This document shows positions 9,867 to 19,918 of a stretch of 64,000 nt of DNA, in pieces (the first letter of the stretch is position 1; the number at the start of each line of letters is the position of its first letter). The DNA comes from an uncultured Gammaproteobacteria bacterium (GTDB lineage: Bacteria > Patescibacteriota > Patescibacteriia > Magasanikbacterales > GWA2-37-8), in assembly GCA_964439885.1 (NCBI GenBank), contig CAYTPE010000001.1, forward strand, positions 9,031 to 73,030. Reading direction: 5' to 3'. The notes under the pieces were generated by a model, which was not told the origin of the DNA, did no database searches, and saw only the letters and a list, made by a program, of their open reading frames with translations. The translations under genes were made by a program, and so were the position numbers.

Positions 9867-10223
9867 ATGCATTTCTACTCGCCGAAACTATACATACAGG
9901 ACCCGTGGGTATATGGGCCTACCGTCGGAGCGCTGCTCAGCCTTATTGCGTCGGGCGTGTATGCGTTTGTCCGGGTGCCAACCGCTGGTGAAAGCTATTT
10001 TTTGCACAGCACTATTGTATTTGGCGTGGATCTCATCGGTCCACGTGGTTCTCTTTTTAACCCGCTGTTGGCCGGGCTTGTCATGGTGCTGGTGAATGTG
10101 GCTATTACCTTTGTGCTGTATGCCCGCGAACGTTTTTTAGCCCGATTTATGCTCAGCGCGCTCGCTCTTTCCGCGCTCGGTATAGCAATTGGTGTTTATT
10201 TCATAGTTGGTCTCAATACCTAG
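9867..10223 (+). CDS. hypothetical small membrane protein
   Basis: 118-aa ORF with 3-4 hydrophobic segments. No homology recognised and the start is uncertain. Confidence 0.3.
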   Translation: MHFYSPKLYIQDPWVYGPTVGALLSLIASGVYAFVRVPTAGESYFLHSTIVFGVDLIGPRGSLFNPLLAGLVMVLVNVAITFVLYARERFLARFMLSALALSALGIAIGVYFIVGLNT

Positions 10224-10226
10224 CGT

Positions 10227-11333
10227 ATGTCTGCAATTGCGCGTCCAGCTGACCGTATTTTTTTGAGCTATGTTGGTCTTTTGGTGGTGTTTGGATTGTT
10301 TGCTCTGATGTCGGCTAGCGGGCCTGTGGGTTTTGCTAAATTCGGCGATACCTATTTTTTTGTTAAACGACAAATACTGTTTGGCATTATACCGGGCCTG
10401 ATTTGTTTTGTAGCTCTCGCGAAGATTGATGTGCAGCTGTGGAAGCGGTTCGCTTGGTGGTTGTATGGGCTCACGTTAGGTTTGCTCGTGCTTGGTTTTA
10501 TTCCACATGTCGGTTCGGTAATCAACAATTCACATGGTTGGCTTAACCTCTTCGGCTTCAGTTTTCAGCCGTCGGAGCTGGCTAAAGTAAGTATTATCAT
10601 TTTAATGGCCACACTGCTCACGGAAAAAAAACGAGATTGGGACGACTGGCGTACTGGTCTCATGCCAGTGCTCGGTGCGGTAGCCCCGGCGCTCCTACTC
10701 ATTCTGGCGCAGCCCGATGTGGGAACGGCGTCAATTATTGTGGCAATCATTTTTGCTATGCTCTATGTGGCACGTCTACCGAATGTGTACCTGTTTATTC
10801 TGGGTGGGGTAGGGATAATCTGTTTTGCTCTGCTGATTATCATTGCGCCGTATCGGGCGCAGCGTATTACGGTATTTTTGCATCCCGAAGCTGACCCAAC
10901 CACCATTGGGTATCAGATCAATCAAGCCTTCCTCGCGGTCGGTTCAGGAGGTCTGTGGGGGTTGGGGTATGGCCACTCTCGTCAAAAATTTCAGTATCTA
11001 CCCGAAGTGAGCGCCGACTCTATCTACGCTGTTATTGCCGAAGAAAATGGGTTCATTATTTCCGCTGGTCTTATTATCCTTATCCTGCTACTCGTAGCGA
11101 GGGGCTTACGTATTGCCAAAAATAATCCAGACGAGTATAGTTGCCTTATTGTGAGTGGTATTATGGTGTGGTTTGTGTGCCAATCCTTTCTCAATATCGG
11201 CGCGATGGTGGGGGCACTGCCGCTCACCGGGGTACCACTGCTCTTTATTAGCCACGGCGGCTCAGCTATGATGACGGCTTTGGCGGCAGTTGGCCTCGTG
11301 GCGAATGTGAGTAAAAAGGCGAGGTTGGAGTAA
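10227..11333 (+). CDS. FtsW/RodA/SpoVE (SEDS) family peptidoglycan glycosyltransferase
   Basis: 368 aa, polytopic. SEDS-typical segments include GSVINNSHGWLNLFGFSFQPSELAK, DVGTASIIVAI and a C-terminal PLTGVPLLFISHGGSAMM. Confidence 0.85.
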   Translation: MSAIARPADRIFLSYVGLLVVFGLFALMSASGPVGFAKFGDTYFFVKRQILFGIIPGLICFVALAKIDVQLWKRFAWWLYGLTLGLLVLGFIPHVGSVINNSHGWLNLFGFSFQPSELAKVSIIILMATLLTEKKRDWDDWRTGLMPVLGAVAPALLLILAQPDVGTASIIVAIIFAMLYVARLPNVYLFILGGVGIICFALLIIIAPYRAQRITVFLHPEADPTTIGYQINQAFLAVGSGGLWGLGYGHSRQKFQYLPEVSADSIYAVIAEENGFIISAGLIILILLLVARGLRIAKNNPDEYSCLIVSGIMVWFVCQSFLNIGAMVGALPLTGVPLLFISHGGSAMMTALAAVGLVANVSKKARLE

Positions 11334-11842
11334 TGGTTAAATTGCTAAATTGTTATATTATTATGGAGATTAGGGAATATTCACGAAGAGATCTGGCCGA
11401 TGTACTTCAGATTACTCGCTTAGCATGGAAACCCATTTACGCTTCGTTTAAAAAGCTCATGGGGAATAAAAATTTCTTTGCTTTTTATCCTGATTGGGAA
11501 AAGTACAAAGTAAACCAGATGAAAAATTTTTTAAATGACTCCTCAATAGGAAAATGTGTGGCTGTAGTTGACGAAAAAGTTGTGGGCTTCGTAGTATATG
11601 AAGTCGATGAGAAAAAACAAGTTGCAGAAATTCACAACAATGCAGTAAATCCAGCATACCAGGGAAATGGTATTGGGCCACGTCTGTACAAATACGTATT
11701 TAAAAAAATGAAGGAATCAGGAGTAAAGAGTGTCGTAGTGCGTACAGGAGGCGACGCATCCCATGCTCAAGCGCGCCGAGCGTACGCAAAGGCTGGTTTT
11801 AATCACGAACTTCCAACAGTTAAACTGTACCGTACATTGTAG
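11333..11842 (+). CDS. GNAT-family N-acetyltransferase
   Basis: Acetyl-CoA binding motif VAEIHNNAVNPAYQGNGIGPRLYKYVF. An alternative start at ATG 11363 (MEIREYS...) is equally plausible. Confidence 0.7.
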   Translation: MVKLLNCYIIMEIREYSRRDLADVLQITRLAWKPIYASFKKLMGNKNFFAFYPDWEKYKVNQMKNFLNDSSIGKCVAVVDEKVVGFVVYEVDEKKQVAEIHNNAVNPAYQGNGIGPRLYKYVFKKMKESGVKSVVVRTGGDASHAQARRAYAKAGFNHELPTVKLYRTL

Positions 11843-11861
11843 TTTTTAAATTAAGATAACT

Positions 11862-12917
11862 ATGCGTTTACTTGTCTGCGGCGGGGCTGGGTTTATTGGC
11901 AGCAATTTTATCCGGCACATGCTCGCCACTCATCCGAATTACACCATCGTCAACTACGACAAACTGACGTACGCTGGCAACCTAGATAATCTCAAGGATG
12001 TTGCTGACAACAAAAATTATACTTTTGTTCAAGGTGATATTATCGATCTTGAAACGCTCAGTAACGTAATCCAAGAATATAAAATCACGCACGTTATCAA
12101 TTTCGCCGCGGAAACGCACGTTGATCGCAGTATCCACGGCGGTGCCAAAGAATTCGTACTCACGAACACCTTGGGCGTGCAGATGATTCTTGATGCGGTA
12201 CGTCACAATAATGTTGAGCGCTTTGTCAACGTTTCAACCGACGAAGTGTACGGCGCCCTCAGCCTTGACGATCCGCATAAATTTACCGAGCATACGCCCA
12301 TCTGGCCCAATATGCCGTACGCGGCCGCTAAAGCCGGCGGCGACCTGATGTGCAACGCGTATTGGGTAACGCACAAGGTGCCTGTTATTGTAACACATTG
12401 TAGCAACAATTATGGTCCATACCAGTTTCCAGAGAAGGTAATCCCATTTTTTGTTTTTAAACTGCTCAAAGGCGAAAAGGTTCCCGTGTATGGCGATGGG
12501 CTTAATATTCGCGACTGGATTCATGTACTGGATCACGCCCGCGCGCTCGATTTACTTCTTCACAAAGGAGAAGTCGGCCAGGTATACAACATCGGAGTAG
12601 ATAACGAGCGCTCAAACCTCGAACTGACTAAAATGATTCTAAGCATTTTAGGCAAAGGCGAAGAGATGATCGAGTATGTTACCGACCGTCCAGGTCATGA
12701 TCGCCGCTACGCGATTGACGAGAGTAAAATCAAAGCGCTTGGCTGGCAGCCCGAGTATACACGTGCTGAATTCGAGCGAGGATTGCGCGAAACCGTGGAA
12801 TGGTACAAAAATAATTCCGAGTGGGTAGAAAATTTATGGAAAAAGAAAAAAGATGAGATGAATAAGTTTCAAGAAGCGCTGGAAAGATCAAGCGATAAAA
12901 TGAAATCATCGACTTAA
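11862..12917 (+). CDS. rfbB: dTDP-glucose 4,6-dehydratase
   Basis: 351 aa, MRLLVCGGAGFIGSNFIRHML...YDKLTYAGNLDNL with a catalytic YAAAKAGGD-type YxxxK. Canonical RmlB. Confidence 0.9.
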   Translation: MRLLVCGGAGFIGSNFIRHMLATHPNYTIVNYDKLTYAGNLDNLKDVADNKNYTFVQGDIIDLETLSNVIQEYKITHVINFAAETHVDRSIHGGAKEFVLTNTLGVQMILDAVRHNNVERFVNVSTDEVYGALSLDDPHKFTEHTPIWPNMPYAAAKAGGDLMCNAYWVTHKVPVIVTHCSNNYGPYQFPEKVIPFFVFKLLKGEKVPVYGDGLNIRDWIHVLDHARALDLLLHKGEVGQVYNIGVDNERSNLELTKMILSILGKGEEMIEYVTDRPGHDRRYAIDESKIKALGWQPEYTRAEFERGLRETVEWYKNNSEWVENLWKKKKDEMNKFQEALERSSDKMKSST

Positions 12918-13011
12918 GTTGCGCAGAGTATCTGGTATATAGTATTTTGTATTGAGGCACTTACCATATGCCATATACCAAATACCAAATACTTAATACA
13001 AAATTCTTTCT

Positions 13012-13431
13012 ATGTCTCCATTCAAACAATTCACCCTCAAAACATTCACTTCAAAAGGCTATTCACTCACCCCGGTGGAGTTTAAAGATATTGCGCCGTT
13101 CGAAGTGAAGCGCATGTATTACCTTACCAATTTTGAAGCCGCCGCGCACACGGGCGAGCACTGTCACTACGTAGAACAAGAGGTTTTCATTGTTGCCAAG
13201 GGGTCAGTCACCGCCATAATCGATAGAGGGCAGGGTAAAGAGGAAATAACGCTTACCACTCCCGGCGAAGCTTTTTATGCTCCCGCCTACAGCTGGCACG
13301 GGTTTAAGGACGCATCGAACGATTGTGTTCTTATCGCTCTCACATCTACCAACTATAGTGCCGATCGCAGCGATTATTTGGAAGATTATGAAAAATACTT
13401 GACACTCAGAGATGAACACCTGAGTAAATGA
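13012..13431 (+). CDS. cupin-fold dTDP-4-keto-6-deoxyhexose 3,4-ketoisomerase (FdtA/WxcM C-terminal-domain-like)
   Basis: 139 aa, FEVKRMYYLTNFEAAAHTGEHCHYVEQEVFIVAKGSV...LIALTSTNYSADRSDYLEDYEKY; resembles FdtA/QdtA isomerases. Confidence 0.65.
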   Translation: MSPFKQFTLKTFTSKGYSLTPVEFKDIAPFEVKRMYYLTNFEAAAHTGEHCHYVEQEVFIVAKGSVTAIIDRGQGKEEITLTTPGEAFYAPAYSWHGFKDASNDCVLIALTSTNYSADRSDYLEDYEKYLTLRDEHLSK

Positions 13432-13527
13432 CTAATGACAAATGTCTAATTTCAAATAAAATGTCCAAGTTAAAATTTGAGCATTTGTATTAGATATTAG
13501 AAATTCGATATTAGATATTCAAGTTAT

Positions 13528-14379
13528 ATGCGTGTTGTTATCATTGGTTCCAAAGGCATGCTCGGTACCGCTCTCGTGGAGCGGTTTTCTCACAAACATG
13601 AAGTAGTAGGTCTTGACCGACCCGAAATCGACATTACGGACGAAGCGTCGACTCAAACCAAGCTTGAAACGCTTGCTCCCGAGGTACTTATCAACTGCGC
13701 GGCAATCAATGCCGTCGATGATATCGAATCCAAAAACGATGTGTTTGAACTGGCTTGGAAAGTAAACGCCAAGGCGGTGGAAACACTCGCCCTGGTAGCA
13801 AAAACGCTGAACATTCCCCTTGTGCATTTTTCTTCCGATTATGTGTTTGATGGTACAAATGACGAGGGTTACGTGGAAGATTTTTCACCCAAGCCAATCA
13901 GTAAATACGGCGAGACGAAATTTGAAGGCGAGAGACTCTTAGAAAGCGTTACGAGCAAGTATTATCTCATCCGACTGTCCCGGTTGTTTGGAAGACCAGG
14001 AATAGGGGAAGGGATGAAAAAAAGTTTTGTGGATAAAATGCTTGAAATTGCCGAAGCAGGAAAGGAACTCAAAGTGGTCGATGCCGAAGTAGGATCGCCC
14101 ACCTATAGCGTTGATTTGGCGGATTTCGTTTACAAGCTTCTCGAAAAGCAGTTACCGTATGGTGTATACCATGGCGCCAATAGCGGCGCGTGCACATGGT
14201 ACGAGTGGGCAGGCGAAATTTTTCGCTTAAAGAATATGCCGGTCAGCGTTGAGCGAATTGACCCAGCTGGTTTGATCCGCCCCGCCAAACGCCCAGCGTA
14301 CTCGGAACTTATCAATACCAAAACAGAGCCGCCGCGCAGCTGGCAGGAGGCACTTAACGACTATATTAGTAGTTTATAA
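13528..14379 (+). CDS. dTDP-4-dehydrorhamnose reductase-like (RmlD family)
   Basis: 283 aa, MRVVIIGSKGMLGTALVERF...; RmlD substrate-binding-domain pattern. No RmlC was found nearby, so the true substrate is uncertain. Confidence 0.8.
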   Translation: MRVVIIGSKGMLGTALVERFSHKHEVVGLDRPEIDITDEASTQTKLETLAPEVLINCAAINAVDDIESKNDVFELAWKVNAKAVETLALVAKTLNIPLVHFSSDYVFDGTNDEGYVEDFSPKPISKYGETKFEGERLLESVTSKYYLIRLSRLFGRPGIGEGMKKSFVDKMLEIAEAGKELKVVDAEVGSPTYSVDLADFVYKLLEKQLPYGVYHGANSGACTWYEWAGEIFRLKNMPVSVERIDPAGLIRPAKRPAYSELINTKTEPPRSWQEALNDYISSL

Positions 14380-14390
14380 ATATTCTACGT

Positions 14391-15344
14391 ATGTCAATCG
14401 ACCATCCACCAGTTGGAACTAATCCAGAGAAAAGTAAAGAAAAAGAGGCAGCAACCAAAGCCCTCGTTGAAACGATTGTTTCACTTAAACAACTTGCAAC
14501 CGAATGGGAGGATTACTTCGACCGCGCGATGGTTCCTGACCCAACGTTGCTGCCGCTCAGAAATGAGACGAGAAATTATCAACGCATATACGATCGTGCG
14601 ACAGGGGAGGCCGGAACGAATGAAAAACCAGAAGATAATGTTTTTGGTAGGCTAGCGGATATATTGGATTTGGAAAAAGCTGCACAAATTGCCGAAAATA
14701 CCGCCGCCCATCAAAATGTGATTGGCCCTATTACCCAAGGTTTCGAGCGGAATGAACATCTTGTCACTTTGCTCAGATCAATAAATAGCACAGGCGGCGA
14801 AAGAATTTTTGCTGGTGATCCACTTGCCATAGCACAGCATCTGCGATATTTAAGCGATAGGTTGATGCAAAAAATAAGAGTGCGCGCGGAATTGTCTGGA
14901 GCCAACGCATCTCTTATGCAGCTTATTGATGAGGGCTCTCGGCAACTACGGAGCACTCACAAGCTGGCAGGTAGCGAGCCGCGTGTACAGGAGCTAATAG
15001 CGATTGCCGAAAATTTAGAAAGAAATGTAGCTGCTTTCAAAGAAAACGTCGTCGTTCCAGACGAAAAGAAATTTATTCCACGAAAAGAAACATATAATTT
15101 TTTTAGTGTTAAGGATGGTAATGAAGCTCAGGCTTTTCCGTTTTCAGAACCTGCTTTTGGCGATAGCGAAGGTATGATGCCGCGGCAACTCACCGTTTCG
15201 AAACGCCAGGTAGGAGACACATTCAAATATGAAGGTCGAGAATGGAAAGTGACACAGAACGAACTTGTAGACGGCTCTTTAGTAACATCACGTAAATATA
15301 CCTTTGAGGCTGTTCCGTTGACTGAAGACCCGATTTACGGCTAG
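14391..15344 (+). CDS. hypothetical protein
   Basis: 317-aa ORF closely packed in the operon. Predicted soluble; no recognisable motifs. Confidence 0.5.
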   Translation: MSIDHPPVGTNPEKSKEKEAATKALVETIVSLKQLATEWEDYFDRAMVPDPTLLPLRNETRNYQRIYDRATGEAGTNEKPEDNVFGRLADILDLEKAAQIAENTAAHQNVIGPITQGFERNEHLVTLLRSINSTGGERIFAGDPLAIAQHLRYLSDRLMQKIRVRAELSGANASLMQLIDEGSRQLRSTHKLAGSEPRVQELIAIAENLERNVAAFKENVVVPDEKKFIPRKETYNFFSVKDGNEAQAFPFSEPAFGDSEGMMPRQLTVSKRQVGDTFKYEGREWKVTQNELVDGSLVTSRKYTFEAVPLTEDPIYG

Positions 15345-15430
15345 TCATCAAACGGAGAATGCCTTAAAGAAGCGTTTTGCTTAGTGCTTACCCTAACTTG
15401 ACAAACACCCTCTCAACATACTACCGTACA

Positions 15431-15461
15431 AAAAAGAGCCCTGTGTAGAAGCTCTTTTTTG
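15431..15461. terminator. putative bidirectional terminator hairpin
   Basis: AAAAAAGAGCCctgtgtagaaGCTCTTTTTT: a short stem flanked by an A-run and a T-run. Confidence 0.4.
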
Positions 15462-15520
15462 ATAGCTTTGGAATAAATAAGGTAAAATAACGCTGAGATA
15501 AGGCAAAAGATGGGAGGGGA

Positions 15521-15549
15521 TTGACAAAACCGGCAAAAAGGTGTATACT
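15521..15549 (+). promoter_or_regulatory. sigma70-type promoter (TTGACA-17-TATACT) upstream of the GT4-RmlD fusion gene
   Basis: TTGACAaaaccggcaaaaaggtgTATACT, about 28 nt upstream of ATG 15578. Confidence 0.45.
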
Positions 15550-15577
15550 TACCTGTTTTATTCAATAAACGGCAATT

Positions 15578-17713
15578 ATGCAACCAATCGCCATACATGA
15601 GCCAAAAAACGGTTACCGCGTCGCCATTCTCGGCCATCGAGGCATTCCGAGCACCTATGGCGGCTTTGAGACCTTTGCCGAAAAGATTACCGAGGCATTG
15701 GTTGGTTTGGGTTGCAAAGTAGCTGTGTATTGCCGCAAAAATTACTTCAAAGAGCGCCCGGCAGAATACAAAGGGGCACGTTTGGTGTACCTGTCCACGG
15801 TTACCAACAAAATGCTCGACACGTTTGTGCATACCTTCATCAGTGTCTTGCATGTAATCTTTAAGAACACGGCCGATACCATCATCGTGGTAAATGTAGG
15901 CAACGCGCCATTTGCGCTGCTTGCTAAACTGTTTGGTAAGAAAGTTATTTTCTGTGTAGACGGACTTGATTGGGAGCGCAAAAAATGGGGTGCATTTGCC
16001 AAATGGTATCTGCGCACTTGTTCGTATTTCGCCAAATGGGCAGCGCATGAAGTAGTGACCGATGCCGGCAGTGTGCAAGAATTTTATCTCAAAGAGCGCG
16101 GCACCAAGAGCCACATGATTCCCTATGGCACCGACATTGAATCCGGCAATTCGGACCCGAACGTACTCAAAGAAATCGGGGTCGAATCCAAAAAATACTT
16201 CATCTACGTGGCTCGCTTCGAACCGGAGAATAATCCGCTCATGGTGGTGAAGGCGCATGTGGCGTCGGGCAGCACGTTGCCCCTGGTGATGATCGGCGAC
16301 AACCGCTACAACCAAGCGTTTGTGGATGAAATTAAACGCGCCGCGAACGACAAAGTTATCTTCCTCGGTTATGTCTTTGGTACTACGTACAAAACATTAC
16401 TGCGTGAATCTCTCGCGTATATTCGCGCGGCGGAAGTCGGCGGTATTTCTCCAGCCGTGATCGAAGCCATGGGCCGCGGCGTGTGCGTTATCGCCAACGA
16501 CAAGCCAGAGAATCGCGAGCCACTCGCGGAAAGCGGTGTCTTTTACCAATTGAATGAAGCATCGCTCACTGAAGCCATCACCACTCTTACCGCTCACCCG
16601 GAGAAAGCGATCGAACTCGGCAAAAAAGCCGCTCAACGTGCGATGATTGTGTACAGTTGGGACACGATTGGTTTTGAATACTTTAAACTCATCAAACACA
16701 ACATGCACAGCGTGCGCGCAAACAATCAAGAGATTGATACACTGACACCAGCGAACGCGAATGCCGGTAAAAAGAAGATTTTGCTAACTGGTGCGGGCGG
16801 TATGCTCGGACGAGCCATGTACGAACACTATGCTCGCACGTATAACGTGCTTGCTACTAATCGAACCGCCTACGAAAGTTGGATGCGTCCGCTCGACGTT
16901 ACCAATTATGCCGAATACGAAAAAATGGTGGCTGAATTTAAACCCGACTATATTTTTCATCTGGCAGCCATGACGAACTTGGAAGAATGTGAGAAACATT
17001 TGGCCGATGCCTACACGCTTAACACGTTGTCGGTAAAACACGCCGCCCAACTCTCCACGAAATACGGAGCAAAATTGGTGTATGTGAGCACCAGCGGTGT
17101 GTTCGACGGCCATCAGACCTTTTACACCGAACGCGACGAAGCACACCCCACTACCGTCTACGGCCTCACGAAACAGATGGGCGCGCTCATGGTAGAGTAC
17201 TACGCTACCGATTGGCTCATTGTACGTCCGTCGTGGCTGATGGGTGGTGGCGCGCATCATGATAAGAAATTCGTGGGTAAAGTGATCGAGCAGATCGTAT
17301 CCGGTAAACGCGAACTGTTCGCTTTGAACGATACATTCGGCACGCTGACCTACGCTCTCGACGTGGCTATAACCCTCGAAAAATTACTCGCGCGTAATGC
17401 GACGGGGCTCTACAACATGGCTGGTATTGGTCGCGCCAGTCGTTACGATATCGCTCGCGAAATAGTGCATATCTTAGGCTATCAGCGTGAAATTATCGTG
17501 AACGCGGTAGACAATACCTTCTTCAAAACGACGTATACGACACCACGCGTCGCTTCCGAATGTTTGGTGAACGAACGATTGAATCAAGAGTCAGCCAACA
17601 CCATGCGCCCATGGCAGGTAGCGTTGCGCGATTATCTGGAGCGAGACTACGCGCACGCGTTCAACCATACTACAGCTTCAGAGCACAGTGGTTTGGTAGT
17701 CAAACCAGCTTAA
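15578..17713 (+). CDS. fusion protein: family-4 (GT-B) glycosyltransferase + RmlD-like NAD(P)-dependent sugar reductase/epimerase domain
   Basis: 711 aa. The N-terminal ~390 aa carry the GT4-type EAMGRGVCVIANDKPENREPL (E-x7-E). From about aa 398, KKILLTGAGGMLGRAMYEHYA...YIFHLAAMTN...VYVSTSGVF resembles the RmlD/NAD-epimerase family. Confidence 0.75.
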   Translation: MQPIAIHEPKNGYRVAILGHRGIPSTYGGFETFAEKITEALVGLGCKVAVYCRKNYFKERPAEYKGARLVYLSTVTNKMLDTFVHTFISVLHVIFKNTADTIIVVNVGNAPFALLAKLFGKKVIFCVDGLDWERKKWGAFAKWYLRTCSYFAKWAAHEVVTDAGSVQEFYLKERGTKSHMIPYGTDIESGNSDPNVLKEIGVESKKYFIYVARFEPENNPLMVVKAHVASGSTLPLVMIGDNRYNQAFVDEIKRAANDKVIFLGYVFGTTYKTLLRESLAYIRAAEVGGISPAVIEAMGRGVCVIANDKPENREPLAESGVFYQLNEASLTEAITTLTAHPEKAIELGKKAAQRAMIVYSWDTIGFEYFKLIKHNMHSVRANNQEIDTLTPANANAGKKKILLTGAGGMLGRAMYEHYARTYNVLATNRTAYESWMRPLDVTNYAEYEKMVAEFKPDYIFHLAAMTNLEECEKHLADAYTLNTLSVKHAAQLSTKYGAKLVYVSTSGVFDGHQTFYTERDEAHPTTVYGLTKQMGALMVEYYATDWLIVRPSWLMGGGAHHDKKFVGKVIEQIVSGKRELFALNDTFGTLTYALDVAITLEKLLARNATGLYNMAGIGRASRYDIAREIVHILGYQREIIVNAVDNTFFKTTYTTPRVASECLVNERLNQESANTMRPWQVALRDYLERDYAHAFNHTTASEHSGLVVKPA

Positions 17714-17796
17714 CACAATGTATATTACTTACTTTCACAGACACCCACCAGGGTGTCTTTGACGTGTCGAATTATTTTCGCTACTATAGGTGCACT

Positions 17797-18540
17797 ATGA
17801 TTACTATTACTACCACCATCCATGACCCCGATGCTGGGCTTAAGTGGCTCAGCGAACTGCACGTTGCGTCACTTCTGAAGGTATGCGACTCGCTTATCGT
17901 GGTCGCCACGCCAGCTACCAACCCTCAGTACCTTGACCGACTTACTGCGCAGGGGTGCACTGTATTTCGAGCTAGCAAAAATATTCCTGGCCGCGTGTAC
18001 TACGAAGCGGTACGCCGAGGATATGAGACCGGCGCCGAACGTATCATGTACTGTGATTTTGATCGACTCTTGCATTGGGTTCACACATTTCCGGACGACC
18101 TCAAACGGATGCCGCGCCGTTTGAGTGGCGATATGACATTTGTGGAAAGATTGCCCGAAGACTATAAGGCACATCATGAAGCCCTGTACGAAACCGAGCA
18201 GCTTGCTAACAAAGTACTTTCGTATCGACTTGGTAAAAAAGAATGTCACGACCACCTCAGCGGATGTTTTCTCCTCTCACGTCGCGCCGCGAAAATTGTC
18301 GTGCGCTACCCAACAGACGGGTATCAATTTTATGGATGGTGGCCTATGAAAGTGCGCGCGGCAAAACTCAAAGTATCGTACCGCTCAAGCCCCGGCCTTG
18401 CCTGGGAAACGCCGGATCGGTTTCAGAAGGAAATTGCCAAAGCCGGAGGACTCGCACCGTGGCGCGAACAGCTTTCGTCCAAAGAAGAATGGAAGAAGCG
18501 CGTTATCATGGCGCGTGAATTTGTGGAAAAATGTTTGTAA
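17797..18540 (+). CDS. hypothetical protein (possible nucleotide-sugar-transferase-like fold)
   Basis: Start taken at the internal ATG 17797, after the upstream stop. 247 aa with a DxD-like CDFDR. No confident family assignment. Confidence 0.45.
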   Translation: MITITTTIHDPDAGLKWLSELHVASLLKVCDSLIVVATPATNPQYLDRLTAQGCTVFRASKNIPGRVYYEAVRRGYETGAERIMYCDFDRLLHWVHTFPDDLKRMPRRLSGDMTFVERLPEDYKAHHEALYETEQLANKVLSYRLGKKECHDHLSGCFLLSRRAAKIVVRYPTDGYQFYGWWPMKVRAAKLKVSYRSSPGLAWETPDRFQKEIAKAGGLAPWREQLSSKEEWKKRVIMAREFVEKCL

Positions 18541-18543
18541 CCT

Positions 18544-19494
18544 ATGCGCAGTGAACTCCCTTCACTTTTTATTGAACGCCTGCACGACATGTACGGCGCC
18601 GCGCTTGTTGCTCAGATAGAAAAAACGTTTGCTGAGCGACCCACGACCTTTCGGGTTAATACGATCAAAACAAACCGAAAGAATGTGATGAACGAATTGG
18701 AGCGCCTTGGGTTCAAAACACAGCCGGTTGCGTGGTATGCCGATGCGTTTATATTGAAAAATAAAAGCAAACGTGAACTCACCGAAACAGCCCTATACGA
18801 AAATGGTCACATCTATATCCAAAGTTTGGCCAGCATGGTGCCCCCACTCGTGCTTGCTCCCATGCCAGGAGAAGTCGTGCTCGACCTCACCGCCGCTCCC
18901 GGAAGCAAGACCTCACAAATGGCTGCGATGATGGAAAAAACGGGAGAGCTTGTTGCTAATGACAATAACAAGATTCGGTTTTTTAAATTGAAACACAATA
19001 TGGAGGTGCTGGGGGTGGTGGGAGAGTCTGCGTGGCGCTTCTCTCTTCACATGCAGCACGGTGCCGCGCTGGTAAAAAAATACAAAAATTATTTTGATAA
19101 AATTTTGCTTGACGCGCCCTGTAGCGCGGAAGCCAGGTTTATTGCCGGCGACAGTACCACCTATGGCTATTGGAGCGAACGAAAAATAAAAGAAATGGCG
19201 TATAAGCAACGTCAACTTCTTTTGAGTGTGTGGGGCGCTCTGAAGCCTGGCGGCACACTGGTGTATTCCACCTGCACCCTTGCCCCCGAAGAGAATGAAG
19301 TGCAAATAGAGCGATTGCTTGAACGATACAAAGACGTCGAGTTGATGGATGTGTCACTCGGTAATCTCAGACGTTTGCCAACAGTGACGAAGTGGGGGAA
19401 TAGTACCTTTTCTGATGGTTTAAAAAAATGCGTACGCATCTTGCCCACCGACCTTATCGAAGGCTTTTTTGTGGCCAAACTAAGGAAAAAATAA
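18544..19494 (+). CDS. NOL1/NOP2/Sun-family RNA cytosine-C5 methyltransferase
   Basis: 316 aa. DLTAAPGSKTSQMA (SAM motif), LLDAPCSAEA (motif IV Pro-Cys) and LVYSTCTLAPEENE (motif VI Thr-Cys). Confidence 0.8.
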   Translation: MRSELPSLFIERLHDMYGAALVAQIEKTFAERPTTFRVNTIKTNRKNVMNELERLGFKTQPVAWYADAFILKNKSKRELTETALYENGHIYIQSLASMVPPLVLAPMPGEVVLDLTAAPGSKTSQMAAMMEKTGELVANDNNKIRFFKLKHNMEVLGVVGESAWRFSLHMQHGAALVKKYKNYFDKILLDAPCSAEARFIAGDSTTYGYWSERKIKEMAYKQRQLLLSVWGALKPGGTLVYSTCTLAPEENEVQIERLLERYKDVELMDVSLGNLRRLPTVTKWGNSTFSDGLKKCVRILPTDLIEGFFVAKLRKK

Positions 19495-19562
19495 CTGTTT
19501 ACAAAGGAGCGTGCAGTTGCTATCATACCAATGCCGTTCGAGGCATTGTTTTTGTATAGTAT

Positions 19563-19916
19563 ATGGATATCTATTACGCTGAAGAGCGCCCGTGGGGAAC
19601 GTTCAAAATACTGTACGAAACCCCGGACATGAAGGTGAAAGAGTTGGTTGTTAAACCAGGCTGTCGTTTGAGTTATCAAGTACACAGCAAACGTCACGAG
19701 CACTGGTTCGTAACGCGCGGCACGGCTACTATCACACTCAATGATCACATCAGCGAGCTCGCTTCAGGCGCGAGCGTTGATGTCCCCGCCGAAACCAAAC
19801 ATCGGATCGCGAACTTATCGGGCGAAGAGGTGGTGATTGTGGAAATTCAAACGGGAACCTATTTTGGCGAAGACGATATTGTGAGGATTTCAGACGATTA
19901 CAATCGCGCATTTTAA
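19563..19916 (+). CDS. cupin-type mannose-6-phosphate isomerase-like protein (type II PMI C-terminal domain)
   Basis: 117 aa, ERPWGTF...LSYQVHSKRHEHWFVTRGTATI...: a two-His cupin motif as in the ManC C-terminal isomerase domain. Confidence 0.65.
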   Translation: MDIYYAEERPWGTFKILYETPDMKVKELVVKPGCRLSYQVHSKRHEHWFVTRGTATITLNDHISELASGASVDVPAETKHRIANLSGEEVVIVEIQTGTYFGEDDIVRISDDYNRAF

Positions 19917-19918
19917 CT

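Noticed and set aside
15413-16315. 300-aa minus-strand ORF overlapping the start of the GT4-RmlD fusion gene
   Set aside because: It is entirely antisense to a + strand gene with clear GT4 homology and a consensus promoter, has His/Arg-rich odd composition and shows no motif. Treated as a spurious antisense ORF.
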